Made by a program: the position numbers and the translations under genes. Positions 15,172 to 24,086 of a stretch of DNA of 52,541 nucleotides are shown here, in pieces (position 1 is the first letter of the stretch; each line of letters starts with the position of its first letter). Under the pieces are notes generated by a model that was not told where the DNA came from, did no database searches, and saw only the letters and a program-made list of their open reading frames with translations. This DNA comes from a virus: the IMG/VR virus record IMGVR_UViG_3300029258_002096, positions 1 to 52,541 of that record; one strand, 5' to 3'.

Positions 15172-17684
15172 AGCGATTAATCATCTTTCTTTTAATGATC
15201 GGATTTGCATTTCCGTTGTTCGCACAGAATCGTGAACCTTCCGGCTTTGGTAACGTGGGAACCTTCAAAAGTTGGATTAAGGATGGCTTAACTAACATAA
15301 CGATTTATGGGCTTACCCATGCAGGTGCCCTGACAGTCGGCGAAGACGATACTGGATATGACGTCAAGTTTTTCGGTGCCACATCCGGGAATTATGTTTT
15401 TTGGGATGAAAGCGAAGACCTGTTGAGCGTAGTACAGACCAACGCAAACACTTCTGGAACAGAGCGGGCTACAACAGTTACGCTAACCCAAACCGGCGCA
15501 GGTGCGATTTCTGAGGCATTTTACGCTAAAGTCATTGCAGATGTTCAAACCGGATCCTGGGTGAACGGAATTGTCGGACGAGTGGATTATAGTACAGGGT
15601 CTACCGGAGATGCGGGTGGCGGTATGGCGGCTGCGATTTGTGCCGAAATCAATTTACCAGCCAAGTCTCCGAGTGGTGGGGCTTATTATGCCTTTGATGC
15701 AGAAATTGAAGCTCCTGAAAACTTTTCGTCTATAACAAATCCGACATCATTCCCAATGGCATTTATGCGAACCGGCCTATGGGGAAACGGAACCGCAAAG
15801 GCGAATTGGGAAGATTACGGATATATCTTCCATTTCGATGACATCACGGATGCCTCCGGCAACGTCTGGTATGATAATACGTTAAGGTGTTTAATTAATA
15901 CCACTGCATTCTATATGGTTTTTTCCGAGGCAGAGGGCGAATTCCAGACACAGTATTTAATTGAGTCTACAAATACAACGGACGCATCAAGCACAACGGT
16001 TGCAGCGCTTCAGTCAGACGGCGGATTGGGAATTGCGAAACAGGCACATATCGGCACAGGTTTGACGGTCGGATATACTACCGCAGACGAAAATGAACCT
16101 GCTTTCAAGATTATTGGTGATGCTGATTCTGATGCGGCGGGTGATACCGATGATACGTTCCAAATCGCTATCACGGCAAATGCCACCCCTACAAATGCTA
16201 CGTGGGGGTTCACATCTACTCAAAGTGCTGGATATACGTTTGATAAAAAAATTGACCTTGCGGCGGGTTTAGATGTAGGAACTGATTTGGATGTTGACGG
16301 AACGGCAAATCTGGACAATACCGATATTGATGGAACGTTTGCAGCGGACGGGACTACTTTTGATGTCAATAGTACAACTTCCATGACGTTTGACAATTCT
16401 AACACGACGAACGGGATTGACATCAATACCGGAACATCGGGAAGCCCGGTTGACATTGGACATTCGACATCCGAAACAACCGTTGGTGACAATCTTACTG
16501 TCAATGGTGATGCCGATGTGGTCGGAGCACTTACGGGCGGAACGATTGCTTCTGATGCAACGGTCACGGCTGCTTCAACAATGTCAACCGGTGCTAACGC
16601 TGGAACATCTGGTCAAATTACGTTTATTGCGAGTGATAACGATCAAGGTACAGTAACAATCAACACATCTGATAATCTTGCATTTGCGGGTTTTGCTGGT
16701 GGCGTTGATGTAGATGGCGACTTTACCGCTGGAAGTGTTGCGTCAGATGCAGGAGTAAGCGGAACATCTGTAACCATAGCACCATCGGCTGCCGGTGCCG
16801 CAATTGATCTACAACTCGAAACTGAATGGGTGTCCGGCACTTTAATTGATGCTGATTTTGGCAGTGCTACTACGTTAGACGATGACGCCATTGGTTTTGA
16901 GATGGATTTAAATGGCAATGTTACCATGACAACTGACAAGGATGTTACCGCAATTAGCTTAAAGTTACCGGCGTTGAGCCAAACGGCAGCTAATACAACT
17001 GCGATTTACGGGTTAAATCTTAGTACGGCTGGAGCGTTAGTACAGAGTTCGGGTGCTGGAACAATAAATTGGCGTGGTGTGAATATACAAATGCCAAATA
17101 GCACTCAGACAACCGGAACAGTATCTTCGATTGGAATTGACATCGCTGGTGGAACATTAACAAGCGGGACAGCTTACGGTATTGATGTGACTGGATCGTT
17201 TACGCGGGGCGCACACATAGCAACAAGTATGGCAAACGCTAACGTTGGTGATGGATACGGTGCGGCGATTGAAGTTGATGTTACTACGACAGGAACAAAT
17301 GCAGGTCATCTCGCTGCTGCTTCAGCATGGGTAAACGTAAACAGTGCAGTGGCCGCAGGCGGGAATCTGGTTGCGGCTCGCAATGATGGTATCTGGGTTA
17401 ATACTGGTGATTCTGGCAACCTTACGAATGCCATTGCTATCTTCGGCGCACGAATGCACATGTTGAGCGCGGGAAACGAAACAGCTGCTTGCCCATTTAG
17501 TCTGAATGTTTCAGGCACTACGACGGATGCGCTGTTTTACCTTTATAACGAGGATGGAAGCACATCAATGGGCTATACTGCCGATGGAAATACCGGAGCA
17601 AATAAGATCGGAGCCGTACCCTTGTATATCGATGGGAATACCAGTACGAAATACTGGGTATATATCTACGATAATTACAATTAA
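15168..17684 (+). CDS. large Gly/Thr/Asp-rich fibre- or beta-helix-like protein with Sec-type signal peptide
   Basis: MKRLIIFLLMIGFAFPLFA signal; repetitive beta-strand composition over 838 aa. Confidence 0.7.
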   Translation: MKRLIIFLLMIGFAFPLFAQNREPSGFGNVGTFKSWIKDGLTNITIYGLTHAGALTVGEDDTGYDVKFFGATSGNYVFWDESEDLLSVVQTNANTSGTERATTVTLTQTGAGAISEAFYAKVIADVQTGSWVNGIVGRVDYSTGSTGDAGGGMAAAICAEINLPAKSPSGGAYYAFDAEIEAPENFSSITNPTSFPMAFMRTGLWGNGTAKANWEDYGYIFHFDDITDASGNVWYDNTLRCLINTTAFYMVFSEAEGEFQTQYLIESTNTTDASSTTVAALQSDGGLGIAKQAHIGTGLTVGYTTADENEPAFKIIGDADSDAAGDTDDTFQIAITANATPTNATWGFTSTQSAGYTFDKKIDLAAGLDVGTDLDVDGTANLDNTDIDGTFAADGTTFDVNSTTSMTFDNSNTTNGIDINTGTSGSPVDIGHSTSETTVGDNLTVNGDADVVGALTGGTIASDATVTAASTMSTGANAGTSGQITFIASDNDQGTVTINTSDNLAFAGFAGGVDVDGDFTAGSVASDAGVSGTSVTIAPSAAGAAIDLQLETEWVSGTLIDADFGSATTLDDDAIGFEMDLNGNVTMTTDKDVTAISLKLPALSQTAANTTAIYGLNLSTAGALVQSSGAGTINWRGVNIQMPNSTQTTGTVSSIGIDIAGGTLTSGTAYGIDVTGSFTRGAHIATSMANANVGDGYGAAIEVDVTTTGTNAGHLAAASAWVNVNSAVAAGGNLVAARNDGIWVNTGDSGNLTNAIAIFGARMHMLSAGNETAACPFSLNVSGTTTDALFYLYNEDGSTSMGYTADGNTGANKIGAVPLYIDGNTSTKYWVYIYDNYN

Positions 17685-17749
17685 AAAAAAGGCTTTGGGG
17701 CTGTGCCTAAAAACAGCCCCGTTATTTAAAACAGAGAGGAGAATTTAAA

Positions 17750-18160
17750 ATGAAACGTGCGCAAATGAGTATCGGGCTGTTCATTGGTATTTTGTTATTT
17801 TCTACATCCCTTACGGCAGAGTATGTTCCATTCAAAGTCAATCTGAGCATGCTCGAAAGATTTATTGTACTTTCGCTGTTGCCCGAAAAGGCGAGTTTTA
17901 GCGATTGGAAAGTCATCAACGACTTAAAGGATCAACTTGCACCCAACGAACAGGAACGAGTTGCGATTGAAGCTAAACAAAATCCCAATGGCAGTATAAA
18001 TGCTAAATGGGACGCAGTGCCAGAAAAAGAAATCGTATTTGGAGAATATACGGAAAAACTGATTGTTGAAGCATTAAAAAACCTTGACGCAAAGGGAAAT
18101 CTCAATATTAATCAATTATCACTTTATAGGAAATTTGTGTTAAGAGAAATCAAAGAATAA
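17750..18160 (+). CDS. putative fibre-associated chaperone with signal-peptide-like N-terminus
   Basis: follows the fibre-like gene; hydrophobic N-terminus ending SLTA. Confidence 0.5.
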   Translation: MKRAQMSIGLFIGILLFSTSLTAEYVPFKVNLSMLERFIVLSLLPEKASFSDWKVINDLKDQLAPNEQERVAIEAKQNPNGSINAKWDAVPEKEIVFGEYTEKLIVEALKNLDAKGNLNINQLSLYRKFVLREIKE

Positions 18161-18177
18161 ATAGATTGGATAAATAG

Positions 18178-19227
18178 ATGAAGAAGCCAAAACTCGCTTT
18201 TATTACTCATCACAATTGTGCGCGTGTCACAAAAGAAGCGTGGGTACTTAAAAATCTTGGTTATGAAATACGATTAATTTCTCATTTACCCAAAGAGTAT
18301 GATAAAAGTCTTTACGATAGCATCAATTATTATGAAACACCGGAAAAATTCAGATCAACAATAAAACTGTTCTTTGGCAAAGTTGATATATTCCATGTTC
18401 ACAACACGCCCGACTGGATGGCATGGACGATTCGAGAATTGAATCCAAAGGCAAAGATTATCCTTGATGTTCACGATTCTAATAGATGGCTTTTTGGCGA
18501 ACAGACGGTTGATGCTACGGGTGAAAAAGTAATATGGTACGATGAGGATATGGCTATTGGTTGCTCAAATGGATTGGTTTTGCCAAGTTTGGGTTGCCAG
18601 AAAGAGATAAAAACACGAACATCAAAACCTACAACTTTCATTCCTCCGGCCTGCCCGGAAGATTGGTATATAACAAAACCCCAGGGATTCTACGGTGGTG
18701 CCGTAATTAATGGTGGGGTCTCAATGGATGTAATAAACAGTGGAGAGATATGGAGGAATTATACGGATTTATGTAAGGCATTGAGAGGGAAATGTCAAAT
18801 ATATATGTATACGCCGTCTATTACAGCCCGTGCAGATGATAAATTGAATATTCACTACATGAATTTAGGATGCCGAATATCTAAAATGATGATGAGTTTG
18901 GTTATTGAGAAGTTAGGCGAACACTCGTGGAATATAGTAGGTAACTGGTTAGCTAATAACAAAAAAATAAAAGTATTTGATATTAATATGCCCAATAAAT
19001 TTTTTGACGCGGTTGCGGCTGGCATACCGTCAGTTTCATTTGGAGTGCAGGAGGTAAACAGACTTATTGAAAAATATGATATTGGGATAGTGGCCAATAC
19101 GCCGGATGAATTTATTGAACGATGGGATGAACACATACAAAAACGAACAAACCTTGCGATGCACAGGCGGAAGCTATCTATGGAAAATTTTATCGGAAAC
19201 CTAACCAAGTTTTATGATAATTTTTAG
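18178..19227 (+). CDS. GT-B (GT4-like) glycosyltransferase
   Basis: DIFHVHN...IILDVHD; C-terminal NMPNKFFDAVAAGIPSV. Confidence 0.75.
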   Translation: MKKPKLAFITHHNCARVTKEAWVLKNLGYEIRLISHLPKEYDKSLYDSINYYETPEKFRSTIKLFFGKVDIFHVHNTPDWMAWTIRELNPKAKIILDVHDSNRWLFGEQTVDATGEKVIWYDEDMAIGCSNGLVLPSLGCQKEIKTRTSKPTTFIPPACPEDWYITKPQGFYGGAVINGGVSMDVINSGEIWRNYTDLCKALRGKCQIYMYTPSITARADDKLNIHYMNLGCRISKMMMSLVIEKLGEHSWNIVGNWLANNKKIKVFDINMPNKFFDAVAAGIPSVSFGVQEVNRLIEKYDIGIVANTPDEFIERWDEHIQKRTNLAMHRRKLSMENFIGNLTKFYDNF

Positions 19228-19235
19228 AAAACGCT

Positions 19236-19781
19236 ATGGAACAAAACAGCAAATATTATGACGAAGTTTACAGGTACTCTGAAGACTATAAAGTGCATTA
19301 TAGGCGATCACCATACTATCCTATTTGGAATGTTTTTGTAAAAAACATGAACCCCAAAATGAGAATCGTAGACTTGGGTTGTGGGCCTGGTCAATTTGCG
19401 AAATATTTACGGGATGAAAGTTTCCAAGATTATATCGGCATTGATTTTTCGCATGTAGCCATTGATATGGCGAAAAAATTAGTGCCGGATTATACTTTTA
19501 TTTGCGCAGACTTAAATACTTGTCCGTTGCCCGATGCAGACTATTATGTTTTGTCCGAAGTCTTGGAACACCTTGAAAAGGATATTGCTTTAATTCAAAA
19601 AATACCATTCGGCAAAAAAGTTGTTGCATCGGTTCCCTGTTTTGACAATCCTGCTCATGTAAGAACATTTAAAAATATAAACGATGTTACAAAAAGATAT
19701 GGAAAATATGTTGTGTTTGATGTACTTGGTCAAGTCGGATTGTTTTTTGTGTTTAGCGGAGAAATGAAAAGGGAATTCTAA
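19236..19781 (+). CDS. class I SAM-dependent methyltransferase
   Basis: IVDLGCGPG, GIDFS and SEVLEHL motifs. Confidence 0.85.
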   Translation: MEQNSKYYDEVYRYSEDYKVHYRRSPYYPIWNVFVKNMNPKMRIVDLGCGPGQFAKYLRDESFQDYIGIDFSHVAIDMAKKLVPDYTFICADLNTCPLPDADYYVLSEVLEHLEKDIALIQKIPFGKKVVASVPCFDNPAHVRTFKNINDVTKRYGKYVVFDVLGQVGLFFVFSGEMKREF

Positions 19782-19795
19782 GAAAGGAGAAAGAA

Positions 19796-20146
19796 ATGAA
19801 AAGAGCATTAATTATAGTTTGTCTGATGATTTTATTTGGCTCGTCTGGATATGCACAGTCAAAACCTAACGAAAGCCGAACCGTACCTGCTGGACAGGAA
19901 CAAGCCGCTCGGATTAATCAAACTGAGGCTGATGAATACCAACGAGTCAAATCCGAATTGGAAGAAGCCCAGAAATTGATAGGGCAGTATACGATATATG
20001 TGTCCAAGCTCGAAAAGAACAACAAACAACTTGTTGATCTGCTTGAAATGTCTCGGCAGGTTCTAAGGGAATTGGCAAACGCCGAAACAATTGAAGAGCG
20101 TGACAAAATATTAGCAAAATATCAAATAAAGGAAGCTGATGGCTAA
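19796..20146 (+). CDS. signal-peptide-bearing coiled-coil protein
   Basis: MKRALIIVCLMILFGSSGYA signal; heptad-rich body. Confidence 0.65.
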   Translation: MKRALIIVCLMILFGSSGYAQSKPNESRTVPAGQEQAARINQTEADEYQRVKSELEEAQKLIGQYTIYVSKLEKNNKQLVDLLEMSRQVLRELANAETIEERDKILAKYQIKEADG

Positions 20147-20636
20147 TATAACTGCTGCGCAAGTACAAGCAACTGGCGGATGGACGACTACCGAGGCTCC
20201 TGATGCAACCCTTGCCTTGGCTCCATATATCCCGGCTGGTGATGGTTGGTTGAATGAAATTCTATCTAATAAAGGAACCGACCTTACAACACTAACGGCT
20301 GCGGATGCCGACAAAGGGGCTTTAGCGTTAGCCGCCGAATGTTATTACGTAGCTCATTTATTTGCATCCAGACCATCAAAGAATGATTTCAGGGCGGGGC
20401 CAGTAGAATCTAAAAACAAAAAGGCTGCCGATATTGTCGGGAGCGCGGAATGGCTTCTAAAAAAAGCCAAAGAGATGCTTGCTAAAGCTGGTATAGTTTA
20501 CGAAAAATACGGAGCCGTGACTCACGGCGGAGACGATTATCATCCAGACGGTGACGAGAAAACACAGATTGACCTTGGCCTTGCCTATCAAGATAGCGAC
20601 GAAGAGTTGAATTTTCTTGGGGTTGATGACGGTTGA
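20139..20636 (+). CDS. putative head-tail adaptor
   Basis: synteny; ALAAECYYVAHL helical pattern. Confidence 0.55.
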   Translation: MANITAAQVQATGGWTTTEAPDATLALAPYIPAGDGWLNEILSNKGTDLTTLTAADADKGALALAAECYYVAHLFASRPSKNDFRAGPVESKNKKAADIVGSAEWLLKKAKEMLAKAGIVYEKYGAVTHGGDDYHPDGDEKTQIDLGLAYQDSDEELNFLGVDDG

Positions 20637-21106
20637 GCTACAGAGATCAATTTCTTTTATGGTTGGCAACTGACGATCTTGCGGAGACTGCCACGCTAAC
20701 AACGGTCACGGGAGATACTTGTCCCTGTATGGAACAGGGTCGAAAGAATTATTCTCCCGACTGGCACGTTGCAAATCCGGGAGAAGATGATTGTGAGGGC
20801 ACTGGTTTAATTAATACCAGCACTACGACAATTAACATTAAGGCGGTGTTTTCTCCGGTTGGGCTTGCGGGAAATAGTATACCAACGATGAAAGAATTTA
20901 TCGAAACTATTGGGGAAATCCAGAAAGACGATCTCTTTTTGTGGGGGACGGTAAATACGGCCGACGGCTCGTTTGCCGATTTGTCGGGGAAAAGCGAATA
21001 TACGGATTATATCACAAAAGATTCAAAGAAATATTTAATAAGGGATGTTTCCGATATTCCCGCAAGTGTAGGACAGGTTGCCCATTTAGTGAGGAGGAGG
21101 GCTTAA
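20633..21106 (+). CDS. putative head closure protein
   Basis: synteny; YLIRDV near the C-terminus; TTG start. Confidence 0.5.
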   Translation: MSYRDQFLLWLATDDLAETATLTTVTGDTCPCMEQGRKNYSPDWHVANPGEDDCEGTGLINTSTTTINIKAVFSPVGLAGNSIPTMKEFIETIGEIQKDDLFLWGTVNTADGSFADLSGKSEYTDYITKDSKKYLIRDVSDIPASVGQVAHLVRRRA

Positions 21107-21546
21107 TGGAAAAGTTGGTTGACACAAGCAGATTTATCCTTAAAAGCAGGGCTGTAAAGTTAGCTCTTGCTAAAGCTGGAGCGCGGGAGATACTTAAGGG
21201 TGCACAGGAGATATACGACGCAGCCGACAAGAATCTTTCCGGCCCGCATTATAAACCAGGCCAGCCACACAAAGCCACTATGCCCATTGCACGGATTACA
21301 GGTAACTTGTCCAATTCGTTGAAGCTGACTCCGTTGTCGAGTACGGTTGTAGCTGTTTGGTCTGATCCCAAAATAGCAAACTATAACAGATATGTTCATG
21401 ACGGCACAAAGGGGAAAAAGGGGAAAAGGAAGCGAATGAAACCCCGACGCTTTATTGGAGCTCCTGTAAACGAGAGACGACCCGCTATACAGGGTAGAAT
21501 CAGGCGACAGGTTTTGCTTGCGATACGCAAAGACGGGCGAACATAA
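21106..21546 (+). CDS. HK97 gp10-like tail completion protein
   Basis: TGNLSNSL...YNRYVHDGT...MKPRRFI; start at TAATG overlap. Confidence 0.75.
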   Translation: MEKLVDTSRFILKSRAVKLALAKAGAREILKGAQEIYDAADKNLSGPHYKPGQPHKATMPIARITGNLSNSLKLTPLSSTVVAVWSDPKIANYNRYVHDGTKGKKGKRKRMKPRRFIGAPVNERRPAIQGRIRRQVLLAIRKDGRT

Positions 21547-22038
21547 GTGAGTGTTAGGCAGACACATATCATAGAAGATTGTGAAAGATGTTTCGAGGCT
21601 CTTTTCAATGCCAAGATTTCGGGCGGTGTTCCCTGGAGTCGTTGGGAAACCTATTTAGGCTTCCCAGAAGAAGATGTACTGAGCCAACTTGAAAAACCCG
21701 TGATATATACCGAGTCACCAAAATATATCGAAGAAATAAAACAGCAAGGCGGCCTGGGGCTCGGTTTATATCAAATGTATTTCGGTGCGTGGGATGACCG
21801 GAAAACTGGAGGGCCGGAAGAGATAAATATTATATCTTCCTACATTCTTCAGCTTTTCCGAAACACAAAAACACTCCATACGACCACGTTTTCCGTAACG
21901 CTTGGTGGAACGAGTTATTCCGGTAAAACCTTGACGGATATGGGAATCGTAGTGCAAGGAATCAGAGATACGGGAGAAAAAGCCACAGAAGATATAAAAG
22001 AATTCAGACATGAATATGAAATAATGTTTATGGCCTAA
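21547..22038 (+). CDS. putative tail terminator
   Basis: synteny before the tail tube gene. Confidence 0.55.
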   Translation: MSVRQTHIIEDCERCFEALFNAKISGGVPWSRWETYLGFPEEDVLSQLEKPVIYTESPKYIEEIKQQGGLGLGLYQMYFGAWDDRKTGGPEEINIISSYILQLFRNTKTLHTTTFSVTLGGTSYSGKTLTDMGIVVQGIRDTGEKATEDIKEFRHEYEIMFMA

Positions 22039-22053
22039 TTAAAGGAGAAAGAC

Positions 22054-22842
22054 ATGGCTGTTACTGACATACTTCCAGCACCGCCGGAAAATAGTTATTT
22101 ACGCGGCCAAGATGCTTTGCACCGATATGTGATTTGTGATGCATCGGCCTCTGCGCCTGTAGCTTGGACAAATTTAAGTTATGTTCAGTCTGTAGTAGTT
22201 GGCGATGTAACCTATGGCGTAGAGTACGACATACGACATCATGGAGCGGGAGACAAGACGCACGTCAAGCGTGAACCTATGTGGCCCGTGACAATTAATG
22301 TTTTGAACGGGAAAAAGGCAGAGGTTTTGGCTGCCCTTCAGAATATTACGTGGAGTAGTGCAAGCGTAGCCCTTCCATATCATGTGAGTAATGATACGCC
22401 GGATTGTATTATTGAATCTATTTTTCGTGAGGCAGATTATACCCACAGGTTTAGTCAAGTTATCCAAGATTTGATTATTGATGATACCAGCCAGGGTATT
22501 CCAATGGAATACGAAGACGGTGTAATTACTGGACATACTTACTATCCGCCGTTCTACGTTTACGCTGGATATGAAGCGGTTTACGATGTTTGGGATGCAA
22601 CGCCGACAACGCTTACTTATACCCTGTCTTGTTCTACGCCTGCATCTATGGTTACGGCGACTGACCACAACTGGTGGGAACTTGATAATGCAGCTTTTGT
22701 GAAGCTGTGGGATAATTCAGCCGACGGATTCTACCGTTACACGACTGGTGTTGCGATCAGTGGCGGAACGTTGACAGTTACGGGAGCCACGCCATCTGCC
22801 ACAGATAAAGTTTATACGCTATATGTAAAAGCAACTTCTTAA
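22054..22842 (+). CDS. major tail tube protein
   Basis: 262 aa; synteny; AAAGGAG RBS. Confidence 0.65.
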   Translation: MAVTDILPAPPENSYLRGQDALHRYVICDASASAPVAWTNLSYVQSVVVGDVTYGVEYDIRHHGAGDKTHVKREPMWPVTINVLNGKKAEVLAALQNITWSSASVALPYHVSNDTPDCIIESIFREADYTHRFSQVIQDLIIDDTSQGIPMEYEDGVITGHTYYPPFYVYAGYEAVYDVWDATPTTLTYTLSCSTPASMVTATDHNWWELDNAAFVKLWDNSADGFYRYTTGVAISGGTLTVTGATPSATDKVYTLYVKATS

Positions 22843-22862
22843 AAAACAGAGGAGATAAAAAG

Positions 22863-23210
22863 ATGACAGATCAAAAAAACGCACCATTCGTAACTGCTTC
22901 TATTTGGCTTGCAAGTGCATGGGAAAGTATTTTTGGTATCAAGCCGGATAGAATGGAACAAGAGGAATATCCAGACGGACGGATATTAGCACTTGCCGTT
23001 TATGAGGATCGTACTAAGTTGCCCGATCCGTCAAAATTCAGGGTATCGCACGATGACGGGGGGGCGATTGTGCCCCTCCTTGCGATACCGTTTTCAAGGG
23101 AAACTGTTTTTGAGACGAATTTCAATACAATCAAAAGAAACAAATTTTTTAGAATTGTAAACGGTAAAGGAGAAAATGAAGATGGAAAAAACACAAAACA
23201 AAGCGATTGA
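22863..23210 (+). CDS. hypothetical tail-region protein
   Basis: GAGGAG RBS. Confidence 0.55.
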   Translation: MTDQKNAPFVTASIWLASAWESIFGIKPDRMEQEEYPDGRILALAVYEDRTKLPDPSKFRVSHDDGGAIVPLLAIPFSRETVFETNFNTIKRNKFFRIVNGKGENEDGKNTKQSD

Positions 23211-23697
23211 TATACTGAAAAAGGCTTATGAAAAAGATACCGTAGAGGTCAACTTTGATCTCGGTGGTGGTGTCATTGCGAATTTAAGTCTTGCCGATGC
23301 TGCGGATATGTTCGCAGAACAGGGTTGCATCAAAGAGGATAAGCAATACGAATACGAAAAAAAGGGATATGGCGACCGTCCGATTGATGAAAAAAAATGG
23401 GAAACATATCTAAAAAGCGTTAAGCCTGAACATAGGGAAAGAATCGCCAAAGATAGGCCTTGCAATCGTGCCGAACAGCGTGCAGACGAAGATACGCAGC
23501 GCATTATCATACGTGACTTACTTGCAAAATATTTACGGGACGAAAACGGGGCTTTTCATTTTCCCGATGAACAATCGCAGCAAAAGTTTGGGCGTATGGC
23601 TATTTCTACGCCACGACTTACAAAGTTGATTACTGATAAATTAATTGAGTTGACCGGCAAGGTTTCCGAAATTCAGGAAACGGTAAAAAACTCCTAA
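23176..23697 (+). CDS. tail assembly chaperone (gpG-like)
   Basis: upstream of tape measure; ends just after slippery A AAA AAC. Confidence 0.75.
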   Translation: MKMEKTQNKAIDILKKAYEKDTVEVNFDLGGGVIANLSLADAADMFAEQGCIKEDKQYEYEKKGYGDRPIDEKKWETYLKSVKPEHRERIAKDRPCNRAEQRADEDTQRIIIRDLLAKYLRDENGAFHFPDEQSQQKFGRMAISTPRLTKLITDKLIELTGKVSEIQETVKNS

Positions 23698-24086
23698 GAG
23701 CAGGAGAGCTTAGTGAATGGCGTTTTAGGGATGCTGTTGCAAGGCGTTATGGACTTTGGCCCTGGTGTGATGAAATAACGGATGCCTGGGAAAATCTCTA
23801 CCAAAGAGCTTTTCTGCTCACGACATTGGAAGACATCAATACAGAAAACGGATTACTCATTGAGTTGTTAAGCAAAGAATTTCCAAAATTTTTCAAACAA
23901 CTTACGGGCGTTGTTGCATCGACAGTCATTGCAACATCGTGGCTTGACAAAAAAGGTAAAATCAGAGAGCGGAAAAAACTTGATCCGTTGTTTAGAGATT
24001 CCGATCAGGCGAAAGAAGGATTTGAAGTCAATATTCCTGATCCTGAACATCCAGGACAATGGAAAAGAGTCGCGGTGAGGTGGTAA
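23685..24086 (+). CDS. -1 frameshift extension of the chaperone (gpGT-like)
   Basis: A AAA AAC 23685-23691; -1 frame checked codon by codon and open into the 23826-24086 ORF. Confidence 0.75.
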   Translation, partial: KKLLRAGELSEWRFRDAVARRYGLWPWCDEITDAWENLYQRAFLLTTLEDINTENGLLIELLSKEFPKFFKQLTGVVASTVIATSWLDKKGKIRERKKLDPLFRDSDQAKEGFEVNIPDPEHPGQWKRVAVRW

